Below, piece by piece: positions 49,883-63,442 of a DNA stretch of 64,000 nt. The notes below the pieces were generated by a model that saw nothing but the letters and a program-made list of their open reading frames with translations, had not been told where the DNA came from and did no database searches. Location of the stretch: positions 38,628,001-38,692,000 of the forward strand of contig NC_045697.1 of assembly GCF_009834535.1 (NCBI RefSeq), in the 5' to 3' direction. Source of the DNA: Camelus ferus. Lineage: Eukaryota. The position numbers and the translations under genes were made by a program. Every line of letters begins with the position of its first letter. Within the stretch, counting starts at the first letter, position 1.

Positions 49883-52675
49883 AGAATGACTCTTATCCAT
49901 TTCTTTTGCCAGTTACTGGCTCTTCTCTTGCCCTTTTTATTTATTTATTTTTTATATGAGGTAAAGAAACCAAGCTAGGGAAAAGAAGCATGTTTTATAG
50001 GCTCTAAAATAATGTTTAGAAGCTGAACTGGTGGTGTTCCTTGTAAAAAGTGTATTTGCACAACCCTAGGTCCTGGTGCCTTGAGCTCCTCCTAGTTCTG
50101 AAGAGAAAAATTCCGTCCAAGGGACCACACGAAGCAAAGTCTCCAGACTAAGAATTCCTCACAAGAGCCTGCTGTACCCATTCTGTGGCCCTTCCACACA
50201 TGCACACCCACACACCATTCAGAACGGGTACTTATGCCAATCTCTGTAATGGTTTTTTAATTCTTTACTCCAGCTTCTTTTATCCAAACCATTTACCATA
50301 TCTTTGGGGATTCCTACCTTTTTCCATAGTAATAGTGAAAGGGTCATATACAGAAAGAAACAAGAATGCCCATTCTCCTGACTGCAGTAAGCAACTGGAA
50401 ATTGCAAGTACAAGTCTGGCTCCTGGCTCTGTGCCCATGTCCACTTTTCATGACTTGTCCGCAGCCGGACCCTGTGACATAGAGAGTGAGTCCACCACAC
50501 TTCTACCCCTCTGCTGAGCTGCAGGCCCTGTTAGACCAGAACTCTCCTTAAGAACATGTTAACCATGTGGCCCAGCTGGCTTCTAGGGAATATTTTTATT
50601 TCAAGTGATTAAAATAAAAATAAAAATAAAAGGAAGCTACAAATTCTCTGTCTCTGAGCATCCCCATCTAGTGTAGTTGTTCTTAAGATGTCCAGGCTCC
50701 ATCCCAGACTTACTCAATCAGAGATCCTGTGAGGATGGGACCAGATGTGTATACTCTGGCAGAAACTATTCAGATAAATTCTGGCATATCAGAAAGTTTG
50801 AGAACCTTAGGATACACTGCTTCTAGTGTAATCTAGTTTTTAAAACTCCGAAGGGGAGGCTCACTTCATCCAAATCAGCAAAGATGATAAGGAAAAATAA
50901 TAAAACAACCCCCCAAACCAGCCATTTATTATAAGGCACAAGAAGCTATTGACATTACCTGTCTCTGAAAATTCTTTAGGTCTTTAGGGAAAGTTAACAG
51001 TAAGATAAGATTTGAAACCTTTGTACTAAGGATTTCCTGTGGGAAGTTTCTTTACCACAGTCAAGTAATTCATATTTAAAGTCAAATGTTCAATAACATT
51101 TATAATGTAGAGCATTCACCTTGCTACCTTTAAAAACATCTCAGAGTTTTAAGTGGCCTTGTTTTATACACATGTGCTACAAAGAAGGGACTTGGCAACT
51201 TGAAAGCCACATATATTCACTTTTATGTTCCCTAAATTTGCTTTACATGAAACACATACAGCAGACTCACACGTTGTTAGTAGTAACTTACATTTCATGG
51301 TGTTGGGCATCTTCCCCTTTTCTTAGATTCTGACTTCAAAATCTAAGTACAAATCCTCTGCCTAGTACAAGGGAAGGAATTACATCCTTTTATCCTCTCC
51401 TACAAAAACACATTTTATTAGTGTCATTTTCCTTTATGCTTATTCAATAGAGTGTGCTGTTATTCTACTATTTAAAGGATGACAGCAGTTATTTACCTTA
51501 CAGAAGGCATTTTCTTTCTGGAAACGATGGCTCAGCCTCCTGGTAGCAGCTGGCACGTGTGGTGAAGCGCACAGTTGTACTTTTTGCAAGGTGGAGTTAA
51601 TACTATATATAGTGGTCCTTCAGACTGTTAAGACTCAATGGAACTTTAAATTTCTATGGCTATGAGAAGCAATTAATATTCCACTGCACGTTTTCCACAC
51701 TCATGTTCATTTCTAAATCAGATATGTAGGCATTTGTTAGTTTCAATGATTTCTTCACTAACACTTTTAATAGGAATCTTTCCACTTAGAGCCCTGGAAA
51801 TACAGTGCTACATTAATTATTCTGAATGGACTTTTTCTTTCATCCTATCAGCTCTGACTAATATCACAGTAATGGTAGAAAACAGGTGAAGAAATCAGAT
51901 CATTAACAAAGAGTGGTACACAAGTTAACTGTACTGGCTTACCTACCACTGAGCCCATACAAGGAGAAATACCTCAGTTAAAAAACTTCCATCAGAATCT
52001 TTAAGAGTGTACTGAGGAAATGACAGTCACAGCACTTAACTTCCAAAAACTTCTAAAGGCTACATGTTTAATATTTCATGCAAAAATTACTCCAAATTTG
52101 CACTAAATACCAATGAAGTGTTATTTTGCTTTAGCTGTGTTGCAGTCTTTTCTGATCAACAAACTATGGGGGAAGTTCTGTAAAGCATATAAAAAATACA
52201 AGACTTAAAAAACATGAATGATTGCTATGTTAAATACGCAAGCTTAGTTTTTTTTTTTTAAACATATACATTTCTGGCAAGGTTATAGATGATTAACCTC
52301 TGTTCATAAGACTTATATATACAAAACTAGAGTTTTTATGTTTACTTTTTTAATTTTTCAAGTGCAATTGTTTCTTATACAACATTAATTACTATTAAAT
52401 TATCATTTTAGCCAGTTATTAGCAAATTGTAGTATGTATTGTCTCTTCTTGTGACGTTTAGTTTTAATTGCTTATTTTAAAGCAGAAACATTAGAGTTAC
52501 AAGTGTCTTGCAATATTTTTATCAATAATAAAATGAAGTAGAGACTTAACAATGAAAATACCTTAGTGTGATTTTAATATTATTTTGAGATTTTGGTTGT
52601 ATAAAGTTTTAATGTAAAATGTTCACTATTGAAGGAAAAAGACCTTTCAATAAAAAATACCCACAAGATCTTTGG
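49883..52675 (+). other. CRACD: CRACD 3'UTR (end inferred)
   Basis: Repeat-poor AU-rich stretch after the stop; AATAAA at 52527 and 52649, with L1 beginning ~135 bp later; contains a MER5-like fragment at ~50670-50810. Confidence 0.65.
52649..52654 (+). terminator. candidate distal poly(A) signal of CRACD
   Basis: AATAAA followed by CA dinucleotides and a T-rich downstream sequence. Confidence 0.6.
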
Positions 52676-52788
52676 CACTGATGGAGTTTCCTTTTCAATG
52701 ACCATTTATACCAAGCTCATGCTTACACAGATTTTGTCAAGAGAAAAATCTCAAGGCATTTTATAGGGTATCTTATCAATTTTCCAGT

Positions 52789-55700
52789 CAAGATGGCAGA
52801 GTAGTAGGACCATGATCTTGCCTCTTCTCACAGCTACGAAAGAACCACAACTGACTGCTAACCAACCATCGAAAAATAGACGGGGGCTTTGCAAAAAAGA
52901 TCTCCTTCAACCGGAAGCTTAAAGGGGGAACAACAGTGGGATGGTAGGAGGAGCGTGCTCATGATATAATCAGGCCCCATACCTGCCCAGGTAGGCAACC
53001 CACAAGCTGAAGAATAATTAAGTCACAGAGGCCCTCCGACAGGAGTGAGAGTTCTGAGCTCCACATTAGGCTCCCCAGCCCAGGGTTCCACTACTGGGAG
53101 GAGGAGACCCCAGGACATCTGGTTTTGAAGGCCTGTGGAGCTTAACTTCAAGAGCCTCATGGGACTAGGAGAAACAGAGACTTCATTCTCTTGGGAAGCA
53201 GACACAGAATCTCGTGTGCACCAGGTGCAAGGGCAGAGGCAGTGATTTCATAGGAACCTGGGCCATACCTACCTGTTGGTTTTGGAAGGTCTCCTGAGGA
53301 AGGAGGGGACATAAAAGCTAGTGCCAGGAGTCTTCATCTACATGAGCTTTCCTGGTGGCTGCCATCTTGATTGGATCAGTAGCACCAAGACATAGACCCA
53401 CCCAACAGCCTGTAGGATTAAGGGCTAGGAAGCCTCAGGCCAGACAACCTACTGGATGGGGACACAGTCCTACCCATCAGCAGACTTCCTGAGCCAAAAT
53501 GCCTCTAGACACAGCCCTATCCACCAGAGGTCCAGGACCAAGCTTCACCTAGCAGTGAGCAGGCACTGACTCCTCCTGCCAGGAAACCTGCATAAGCCTC
53601 TAGTCCAGCCTCATCCACCAGGGGGCAGATACCAGAAATAAAACAATCCCAAAGCCTGTGGAAGGAATCCACAAACACAGGTCAGACTGTACCCTGGGAC
53701 CAGCTGGATGCCGGCCGTTGGGTGACAGGAGTGTACTGCTAGAACTCATAGGACATCTCCCACAGAGAGCCACTTCTTCAAGGCTAAGAAACATAACTAA
53801 CCAACCTAAAAATACAAATAGCAAGATAGACAATATGAGGTGGCAGAGGAATATCTTCCAGGCCAAGGCACAAGATAAAATACCAGAAGAAGTGATGAGG
53901 AGATAGGCAATTTATCCAAGAAAGAGTTTAGAGTAATGATAGCGAAGATTTTCAGAAAACTCAAGAGGAGTGTAGATGCACAAAGCAAAGTTTTTAGCAA
54001 AGAGTTGGAAAGTATAAAGAATACCCAAACAGAGTTGAAGAAAAAAATCACTGAAATGAATAACACACTAGAAAGAAACAAGAACAGACTAAATGAGGCA
54101 GAAGAACGGATCAATGAGCTAGAAGACAGATTAGTGGAAATCACTACTTCAGAAAAAAGAAAAAAGAATGAAAAGAAATGATAATAGTTTAAGAGAACTC
54201 TGGGACACTAATAATCACACTAATAATCACAGGGGTCCCAGAAAGAGGAGAGAAAGAGAAGGGACCTGAGAAAATTTTTGAAAAGAACATAACCAAAAAT
54301 GCCCCTAACTTGGGAAAAGAAACAGTCACCCAAGTCCAGGAAGTGCACAGTTCCACACAGGATCAACCAGCCGGGCCCAGGCCCAGGACTGGCCATGCCT
54401 ACTAACACAAGCTTTGGGACATCCTGGACCCCTTATGCAACTGTGTTGGGAACCAGCCCCACCTCCACACCAGCAATCTGGCACCAGCTCTGGAACTCTT
54501 GGGCCCAGCAACCAGACTCTAGGACTCAGCTCTGCCTGCCAGTAGACCAGCACTAACCTCAGGACTTGGCTTTGCCCACCAAGGGGGGGAATAACAGCCT
54601 TGGAGTATTCTAGACCCTGATTATGCCCACCAATGAGCCAACACTAGCCCTGGGACCCATGAGGTTTTGCAGTCAGCAGCCTCTGCAAAGGGCAGGGCTT
54701 GGCAACCAACTAGACTAGGGGCCAACCAAGCCTAGACAGCCTACAGAGTTAGCCCAGCACAACAGAAAGACCCACACAGCACTCACAGTGGGACCTCCTA
54801 GAGCATATAGCTCAGGTGATGAGAGGGGAGGGCACTGCTGGGACACAAAGGATGTTTCCCACAGAATGCTACTTGTCCAAGGTCAGGAAACATAATCAAC
54901 CTACTAGATTCATCAAAAAAAAAACAAAACAAACAAAAAAAAAAAACAAAAACAAAACCCCACAAAAAACCCCCAGCAACTTAGGCAAAATGTGGCAACA
55001 GAGGAACATGTTCCAGATGAAAGAACAAGATAAAACCCTAGAAGAACTAAGTGAAGTGAGATAGGCAAATACCCAAGAAAGAGTTTACGGTAGTGATGGT
55101 ACAGATGGTCAGAGAACTTGCGAAAAGAATGGATACAGAGTGAGAAGTTAAAAGTTCTAAACAAAGAATTAGAAAATATAAAGAAGCAAACAGAGATGAA
55201 GAATACAATAACTGAAATTAAACATACACTAGAAGGAATCAACAGTAGACCAAATGATACAGAGAAATGGATCAGTGAGCTGGAATACAGAGTAGTGGAA
55301 ATCACATGCTGAACAGAAAAAAGAATGAAAAGAAACGTGGACAATATAAGAGACCTCTAGGACAACATCAAGTGCACTAATATTTTCATTATAGGGGTCC
55401 CAGAAGGAAGAGAGAAAGGGGCTGAGACTATATTTGAAGACATAATAGCTCAAAACTTCCCTAATCTGGGAAAGGAAACAGGCATCCAAATCCAGGAAGC
55501 ACAGAGAGTCCTATACAGGATTGACCCAAAGAGGAACACATGAAAATACATTGTAATTAAAATGGCAAAAATTAAAGACAAAGAGAATATTAAAAGCAGC
55601 AAAGGAAAAGCAACTAATAACATACAAGGGGACTCCCATAAGGCTATCTATCAGCTTATTTTTTCAGCAGAAACTCTACAGGCCAGAAGGAAGTGGCACA

Positions 55701-58700
55701 ATGTATTTTAAGTGATGAAAGGAAAAAACCTACAATGAAAAATACTCTATGCAACAAGGCTCTTGTTCAGATTTGATGGAGAGATCAAAAGCTTTACAGA
55801 CAAGAAAAAGCTGAAAGAATTCAGAACCATCAAACCAGCTTTATAAGAGATGTTAAAGGAACTTCTCTTAATGAAAAAGAAAAGGCCACAACTACAAAAA
55901 GAAAAAGCTCATTGGTAAAGGCAAACATATAGTAAAGGTAGGAAATCATCTACACACAAAGCTAGTAGGGAGGTTAAAAGACAAAAGTAGTGAAGTCATC
56001 TACATCTACAATAAGAAGTTAAGGGACACACAAAACAACTAGAGGTAAAACATGATATCAAAAAACTACTGTGAGGAGAGGAGAATACAAATGCAGGATT
56101 GTTCAAATGCATTTGAAATTAAGATAACAGCAACTTAAAACAATCATATAAAAACTTAATGGTAAACCACAAAACTTCCTACAAGCCAAAAATCTGTAAT
56201 AAATACATACAAAAAAAGGAATCCAAATATAACACTAAAGACAGTTATCAAAACACAAGAGAAGAGAAAAGAAGAAAAAATGAACAAAAAACACCTACAA
56301 AAACAACCCCAAAACAATGAGCAAAATAGCAATAAGAACATACATATCAGTAGTTACTTTAAATGTAAATAGACTAAATGCTGTAATCAAAAGACACAGA
56401 GTGGCTGAACGGATACAAAAACAAAACCCAAATATATCCTGCCTACAGACGACTCACTTCACATCTAAAGACATACAGACTGAAAGTGAAAGGATGGAAA
56501 AGGTATTCCATGCAAATGGAAATCAAAGAAAGGTGAAGTGGCAATACTCATACCTAACAAAATAGACATTAATATAAAGACTGTTACAAGAGACAAAGAA
56601 GGCCACTACTCATTATACTGTGGATCAATCCAAGAAGAAGATATTGTAATATATATAAGCACCAACATAGGAGCACCAAAATACATAAAGCAAATACTAA
56701 CAGACATAAAGAGAGAGATCAACAGTAACACAATAATAGTAGGGGACTTTAACACCCCACTTATGTCAATGGAAGATCACCCAGACAGAAAATCGTAAGG
56801 AAACATCAGCCTTAAATGACGTATCAGACTATATGCACTTAATGGATATATTTAGAACACTCCATGCAAAAGCAGAAGAATACACGTTCCTTTCAAGTGC
56901 ACAAGGAACATTCTCCAGGATAGATCACATTTCAGGCCACAAGCCTCAGTAAATTTGAGAAAATTTAAATCATATCAAGCATCTTTTCTAACCACAGTGC
57001 TATGAGACAAGAAAATAACTGCAAAAAATACAAACATATGGAGATGAAAAAATATGCTACTAAACAACCAATGGATCACTGAAGAAATCAAAGAGAAAAA
57101 AAACAAACAAACCTGGGAACAAATGAAAATGAACAATGATCCAAAGTCTATGGGACACAGCAAAAGCAGTTCTAAGAGGGAAGTTTATGGCAATACAAAC
57201 TTACCTCAGGAAATGAGAGAAATCTCAAACAAATAACCTAAACTTATACTGAAACTAGAAAAAGAAGGACAAATAAAACCTGTAGTAGAAGGAAAGAAAG
57301 ATCAGAGCAGAAATAAATGAAAGAAACTAAGAAAAACAATGGAAAAGATCAATGAGACTAAAAGCTGTTTCTTTGAAAAGATAAAAAAATTGACTCATTA
57401 GTTCAGACTCATCAAGAAAAAAGGAAAGAAGGCCCAAATCAATAAAATCAGAAATGAAAAAGGAGAAGTTACAACTGACACTACAGAAATATGCAAGATC
57501 ATAAGAGACTACTAAGAACTATATGCCAATAAAATAGACAACCTAGAAGAAATGGAAAAATTCTTAGAAATGTACAATCTCACAAGACTCAACCAGGAAG
57601 AAATAGAAATTATGAACAGATCAATCACCAGCAACAAAACTGAATCAGTAATTTTAAAACTCCCAACAAACAAAATCCAAGACCACATACCTTCACAAGT
57701 GAATTCAACAAAACATTTAAAGAAGAATTAACACCTATTCTTGTCAAAATATTAAAAAAAAAATTCAGAGGAAGGGAGGCTTATGAACACATTTTACAAA
57801 GCCAGAATCACTGTGATACCAAAACCAGACAGATATCACAAAGAAAGAAAATGACAACCCAATATCACTAATGAACATAGATGCAAAAATCCTCAACAAA
57901 ATATTAGCAATCTGAATCCAGCAATACATTAAAAGTATCTTACACCATGATCAAGTAAGATTTATCCCAGGGATGCAAAAATTTTTCAGTATCTGCAAAT
58001 CAATGTGATAGACCACATTAACAAATTGAACAATAAAAACCACATGATCATCTCAATAGATAATGGAAAAAGCTTTTGACAAAATTCAATATTCATTTGT
58101 GATAAAAACTGTCCAGAGAGTAGGAACATACTTCAACATAATAAAGGCCATTTACGACAAACCCATGGCTAACATCATACTCAATGGTGAAAAGCTGAAA
58201 GCATTTCTTCTAAGTTCAGGAACAAGACAAGGATGCCCACGCTCACTACTTCAACTCAACATAGTATTGGAGGCTCTAGCCACAGCAATCAGACAATAAA
58301 AGGAATCCAAGTTGGAAAGGAAGAGATACAACTGTCACTGCAGATGACATGATACTATACACAGAAAATCATAAAGACACCACCAGAAAGAGAGAGAAAA
58401 ATATCATATCACTCATATGTGAAATCTAAAAAAAAAAGGACAGACACTATGAACTCATCTACAAAACAGAAACAGACTCATAATCTTTTGGCCACTGGGA
58501 AAAGGGGGTGAGAAGGGATAAATTTGGGAGTCTGAGACTTGCAAATGTTAACCACTATATAGATAGATGAAAATTTTTTCTTCTGTATAGCACAGGAAGC
58601 TATATTCAGTATCTTATAATAACCTTTAATGAAAAAGAATATGTAAACAAACATATGTGCATCTATATATATGCATGACTGGGCCATTATGTTGTATATT

Positions 58701-59666
58701 AGAAACTGACACAACATAACTGACTATACTTCAATTAAAAAAAATGGGCAGAAGGCCTGAACAGGAACTTTTCCAAAGAGGAAATGCAGATGGCTGATGA
58801 AAAGATCCTTAACATTGCTAATCATCAGGGAAATGCAAATCAAAACCTTAATGAGATATCACCTCACATCTATCAGAGTGGCTATCATTAAAAGGAACAT
58901 GAATAACAAATGTTGGCGAGGATGTGGAGAAAAGAGAAACTCGTACACTGTTGGTGGTGATGGGAACTGACGTAGCCATTATAAAAAACAGTATGGAGGT
59001 TTCTCAGAAAACTGAAAACAGATCTACCATATGACCCAGCAATTCCACTCCTGGGTATATATCCAATAAAAAACAAAGACACTAATTCAAAAAGATATAT
59101 GCACCCCAATCTTCATAGCAGCATTATTTACAATTGCCAAGATACAGAAGCAACCTAAGTGCCCACCAACAGATGAATGGATAAAGAAGATGTGGTATAT
59201 GTATTTGATGAAATACTACTCAACCATAAAAAAGAACGAAATTCTGATATTTGCAACAACATGGCTGGACTTGGAAGTATTATGCTAAGTGAAATAAGTC
59301 AGACAGATAAAGACAAGTACTGTATGATATCACTGATATGTGGAATCTAAAAATATAAAAGTAGTGAATACAAGAAAAAGGAAATACACTCACAGATATA
59401 GAGAACAAACTAGTGGTTACCAGTGGGGAGAAATAAGGGAGGAGGGACAAGATAGTGGTAAGGGATTAAGAGATACACACTATTACATGTAAAATAAATA
59501 AGCTACAAGGATATATTGTACAACACATGGAATATAGCCAATATTTTATAATAACAATAAATGGAGTATAACCTTTAAAACTTGTGAATCACTATGTCAT
59601 AACTTACATATTATACATTAACTATACTTCAATATAAATAAATAAACAAACAAACAAACAAACAAA
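52789..59666 (+). mobile_element. decayed composite near-full-length L1 (5'UTR, ORF1 x2, ORF2, 3' tail)
   Basis: CAAGATGGC 5' terminus; ORF1 starts at 53835 and 54990; endonuclease start (TYISVVTLNVNRLN ~56317; IIVGDFNTPL); RT (GTRQGCP; GCAGATGAC at 58340); 3' end CTATACTTCAA with (TAAA/CAAA)n tail; many stops and frameshifts. Confidence 0.93.
58390..58744 (+). mobile_element. younger L1 3' end nested within the composite L1
   Basis: Same 3'UTR type as 11764-11949 and 15599-15873 (CTGTATAGCACAGG; CTGACTATACTTCAATTAAAAAAAA) interrupting ORF2. Confidence 0.85.
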
Positions 59667-59699
59667 TCCTGCTTAAAATAGCCCAAATTGACTTCTACT

Positions 59700-60155
59700 G
59701 CTTGTAACCAAGAACTCTGGCAGGTCTGATAATTGAGATTCTACTGGTGAATAAATGGACAAATGAAATGATACTGCAGCTGACTGTACAATTAGGGGAA
59801 AGGTCAGCAACAGAGTATAGCTGGGGTTGGCTGGAATGCTGGGGGACATATCCTTGGCTGTCACTGTTCACTGGCTCCTGTGGCTCTTCTCAGTGTAGTC
59901 TTAGCTTGTGGCTCCCTCACCCCATGGCTTCTCCAGCAGACAGCCAGACTGATGTAGCAGCTCAGGGCTCCCTAGGCTATAAAAGCAGAAGATGCCAGGC
60001 CTTCTTGAAGTTTAGGCTCACAAGTGGCACAGTGTCACCATCACTGCATTCTGTTGGTTAAAGCAAATCATAGATCAAGCCCAGGCGTAAGAGAAGGGGG
60101 CTGCAAAAAGGGCATGACTAGCAGAGGAGATACAGTTCCCTGGGGGCAATTTACT
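59700..60155 (-). mobile_element. old MaLR LTR remnant (MLT1-like)
   Basis: CAGAAGATGCCAGGCCTTCTT...GGCACAGTGTCAC...CATTCTGTTGGTTAAAGCAAATCA blocks. Confidence 0.6.
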
Positions 60156-60874
60156 ACCAGGTAAATGGAAGTATAAGCAAAGTGCTATGGGACTAAAGAA
60201 GCAACATAAAGCATTATGAGATAACATGATACTTAGAAGTATATACAGTTTTTCTCTTTCCTAGTTTTTTCCGTGTTCCCTATCTTCAAGCCACTGAACA
60301 ACAAAAAAGAGTGTTACAACAATAAAATCTAATAAATTGAAAAACACAGGTGTAAAAATATTCACCATCCAAGTTCATATATCAAAAATTGAGAAAAGTG
60401 TGTCCACTTGAAACTATACCGTGTATATGTTATTCCACATTAGTACTTTGTTCATTTAAAAATATTAAATTAAGGAACCTAATTTGATAAATAAATCCTA
60501 TCTTTGAAAACCGTTTGTTATGAATCTCAGTATAAATGAGTGAATGGTGGATTACCTCACAGACTAAATTTTTAACCCAGCAAGTATATTCAGATCATTT
60601 TTCCCTGAGGTCTTTTATAACAAAACCAAAGTAGAACATCTATAGCCTAATTTAAAAAGTCTTACTTAATATGTTGATGTGTTTTGTTCTATAATTCCTT
60701 TTAAAAGCATCTGTTGCTCCTATAGGAAGTAAAATAGGGTTATTTTCCAAGAAAGCATAACAGACAAGTTTCTTAAACAAAATATAATCTTTAACATAAA
60801 ATAAGACTATTTGCATCCTCTATAACATAAAATATTTTCAAACATCTCACAGATATATTCTAGTAAGGAGTGCA

Positions 60875-61264
60875 CTATTTTTGTTTGCCACTCAATAAAT
60901 CCAGACAGTAAACATAATTATTTCTACATCCAATAATAAGCATTGATTCCCAGACCACAGGAGAAGAGAAAACTTCTCCAGGAAGTTGATACACACTTTG
61001 CAACTGTCCACTCTTAGATTCCAAGATCCATAGTTTCCCATCAGTAGATGCTGCTGCCAGCAACATTTCATTGCTACGATTGTGGTTATGGAAAGCAAAT
61101 GGTGTTGAATACACCCTTGAAGTAGTTTCAAATTTCCACTGGAGGTGACCTTTCATACTACAACAGTAGATAAAGCAATCATGGGAACCAAAAAATATTT
61201 CTTGCTCTGATGCTGAGGTACATGGAGATGAAAATATTGGTTCATTGGTAGAGAATTTCCATAC
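60875..61264 (-). CDS. AASDH: AASDH last exon (PQQ-like beta-propeller; VWKFSTNEPIFSSPC...VFSSPVVWESMLIIGCRNNYVYCLDLLSGKQK*)
   Basis: ttcag acceptor (61265-61267), 390 bp, TAG at 60877-60875; repeated W...FSSP blade motif; matches the recalled AASDH/ACSF4 C-terminus; neighbour of CRACD in human. Confidence 0.95.
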   Translation of the reverse strand, partial: VWKFSTNEPIFSSPCTSASEQEIFFGSHDCFIYCCSMKGHLQWKFETTSRVYSTPFAFHNHNRSNEMLLAAASTDGKLWILESKSGQLQSVYQLPGEVFSSPVVWESMLIIGCRNNYVYCLDLLSGKQK

Positions 61265-62679
61265 CTGAAGGGTGATAAAGGCAGAAGTAATTCATTCATC
61301 TCAACAATTCTGTAGAATAAATTTTTATAAAATTCTTAATAAAATGTGAGAGATGTAGGCTATTGAATGGTAGCTATACATAAAGAAAATAATGGCTTTC
61401 TCTGAAAAGTAGCACACTCAGATTAGACCTCTGTTCCAGTAGTACAATCTAGCATAAAATGTACTAGAGTGTCATTATTACATGTCTTACTATTATTACT
61501 GCCATGCATATTATGAAGTAAAATTCATTTTGAACCCATTCAAAAGTTATTACTAATATGTTCAGAGACACTGAGTTCAAAGATAAAACTGCACTGAGTT
61601 TTCAATGTACCTTGTTAAAAATTGTGTCTTATTCTAGTTTCCTAAAGTAGGAAGAAGGAAAGAAGTACACTGAGAGGAAAAGTTTATGTGCAACAATTTA
61701 AATTAAAGCTTTAAATAAAAAAGCTTGTGTGTCTACTCTGTAGATATGTACTATTTGCTTATTTCAAAGCAACTACTGATAAACCTGTCAGCCAATATTT
61801 AGAAGAAAACACACAAGGAAGAAAAGGCATAAGTCTAAAGTAGTGTTTACAAATCCATACTAATAGCAGTATAATAAAAAAATAAAATCAAATAAAGAGT
61901 GGGCATATTCATGAAATAAGACTTGTAACCTCAATTCTGTCCCTGATTTAGACAAAATCAACTTTTTTTTTTGGTTCATACAGAAAATAAAAGGAGATGG
62001 GTAATAGCAGTTGCCTCTTCTTACATTTTAGAAATCCAAAGATGAGAATATATTCAAATTATTTTATAAATAAAAAATATTAAATGAACTTAAAGATTTC
62101 ACCACAAAGTAAATGTCACACAGAGCAAAAGAAACTGCCAGGCTACAATGGGCCAACTTATGTTAGAGCTAGTACACTCTCAAGTCCACAAAATAATCCC
62201 CCAAATCAAAAACACAGTAGAAGCTGTGCCATAGTCACTTGTGGATACTTAAAAAATAGAGACTATGACCCCAACAAAAGACCTAATATATCCCAGATGG
62301 AGCCTACCCTGCCGATCAAGAAGCTCAAGCTGGAACCTCTATACAGTGGAAATTGGGTTATGTAACAGATCATGTTTTTATAGAAAAAGCAGGGGTTTCT
62401 TTCAATTTTCATAACCAGAATAGAAGTTATAATAGAGTTGGCTAAAAACTGGTAACATTTTCAAATTGGGGAAAGAGGATGGCAAAATTAAAACAATGTT
62501 TGGATAGAATCTTTTATATCTGGTATAGCATCATTTAAAAATTAAGAAACCCATGGCTTGACAATGAAAACAGAACTAGTTTTCAATACGAGCTGAATGA
62601 TGTTTAAAATTTTACTTCAGTTGTTACCACATACTACACCTTTGAGAAAGATAAGTAAAACAGAAACAGAAATTCTTAC

Positions 62680-62811
62680 CTGTTCTCCAAAGTGAGTAAA
62701 GCAGAGTAAATTCCCATCTACACAGCCAATGCAAATATACTGTAGGCAACACCGTGGGGAAGAAAAGAGTGGCTTTCCACATGAATATTCCCAAACTCTG
62801 TTCCCAGTAGC
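62680..62811 (-). CDS. AASDH: AASDH penultimate exon (ATGNRVWEYSCGKPLFSSPRCCLQYICIGCVDGNLLCFTHFGEQ)
   Basis: gacag acceptor, CAG|gtaaga donor, 132 bp, phase 0-0. Confidence 0.94.
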
Positions 62812-63319
62812 CTGTCACGGGCAAAAAGCAATTAATAGCATTTAAATCATTCTATTAATCAATTATTCTTTATAAAAAAAAAACTCATAAATCTCCTAGT
62901 GGTAAAGCTAGAAACATCAGAAAATGCTACAATGGCATGCTGACATTATAAATAAAGCTAGTACACATATACACAGCTATAAAATTAATAAGTATCATTT
63001 ATGAGAGCTCAGATAAAAACAACAATACAACCAGGAAAGAAATAAATAGCACATAAACTCTGTCTTTACAATGGACACAAAGTTCTTGATGGGACTGAGA
63101 ACATTCTGTCAATTAAAAAATTGATAAAAGACATACACAGAACTTAGATTTTCTCATCTTTTTAGACTTCATGTCAATCATTTTTAATGAATTCTGATTC
63201 AGTAACATATGAACTATATCTAATTGAAATCTGCTTCAAATTTTCAGAATTCAAAGCAAAAATTTAAAAATATTAAAGAAAATAACTAATAATATCAATA
63301 ACCACTACTTTATGCCTAC

Positions 63320-63442
63320 AGGATTTATAGCCAGTAAAAGTCCTCCCAGTGTAGCAAAATACAAATGGTGTGGAATCAGGCTCAAACAAGGAGAAGAAAA
63401 AACCGTTCCTCCGCATTTCAACTTCCAAACACACTTCTTTTT
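63320..63442 (-). CDS. AASDH: AASDH exon (KKKCVWKLKCGGTVFSSPCLSLIPHHLYFATLGGLLLAINP)
   Basis: ttgcag acceptor, gtaggc donor, 123 bp, phase 0-0. Confidence 0.94.

Noticed and set aside
56317..58299. ORFs resembling endonuclease and reverse transcriptase as an active system
   Set aside because: Frameshifted, stop-interrupted fragments of a dead L1 ORF2
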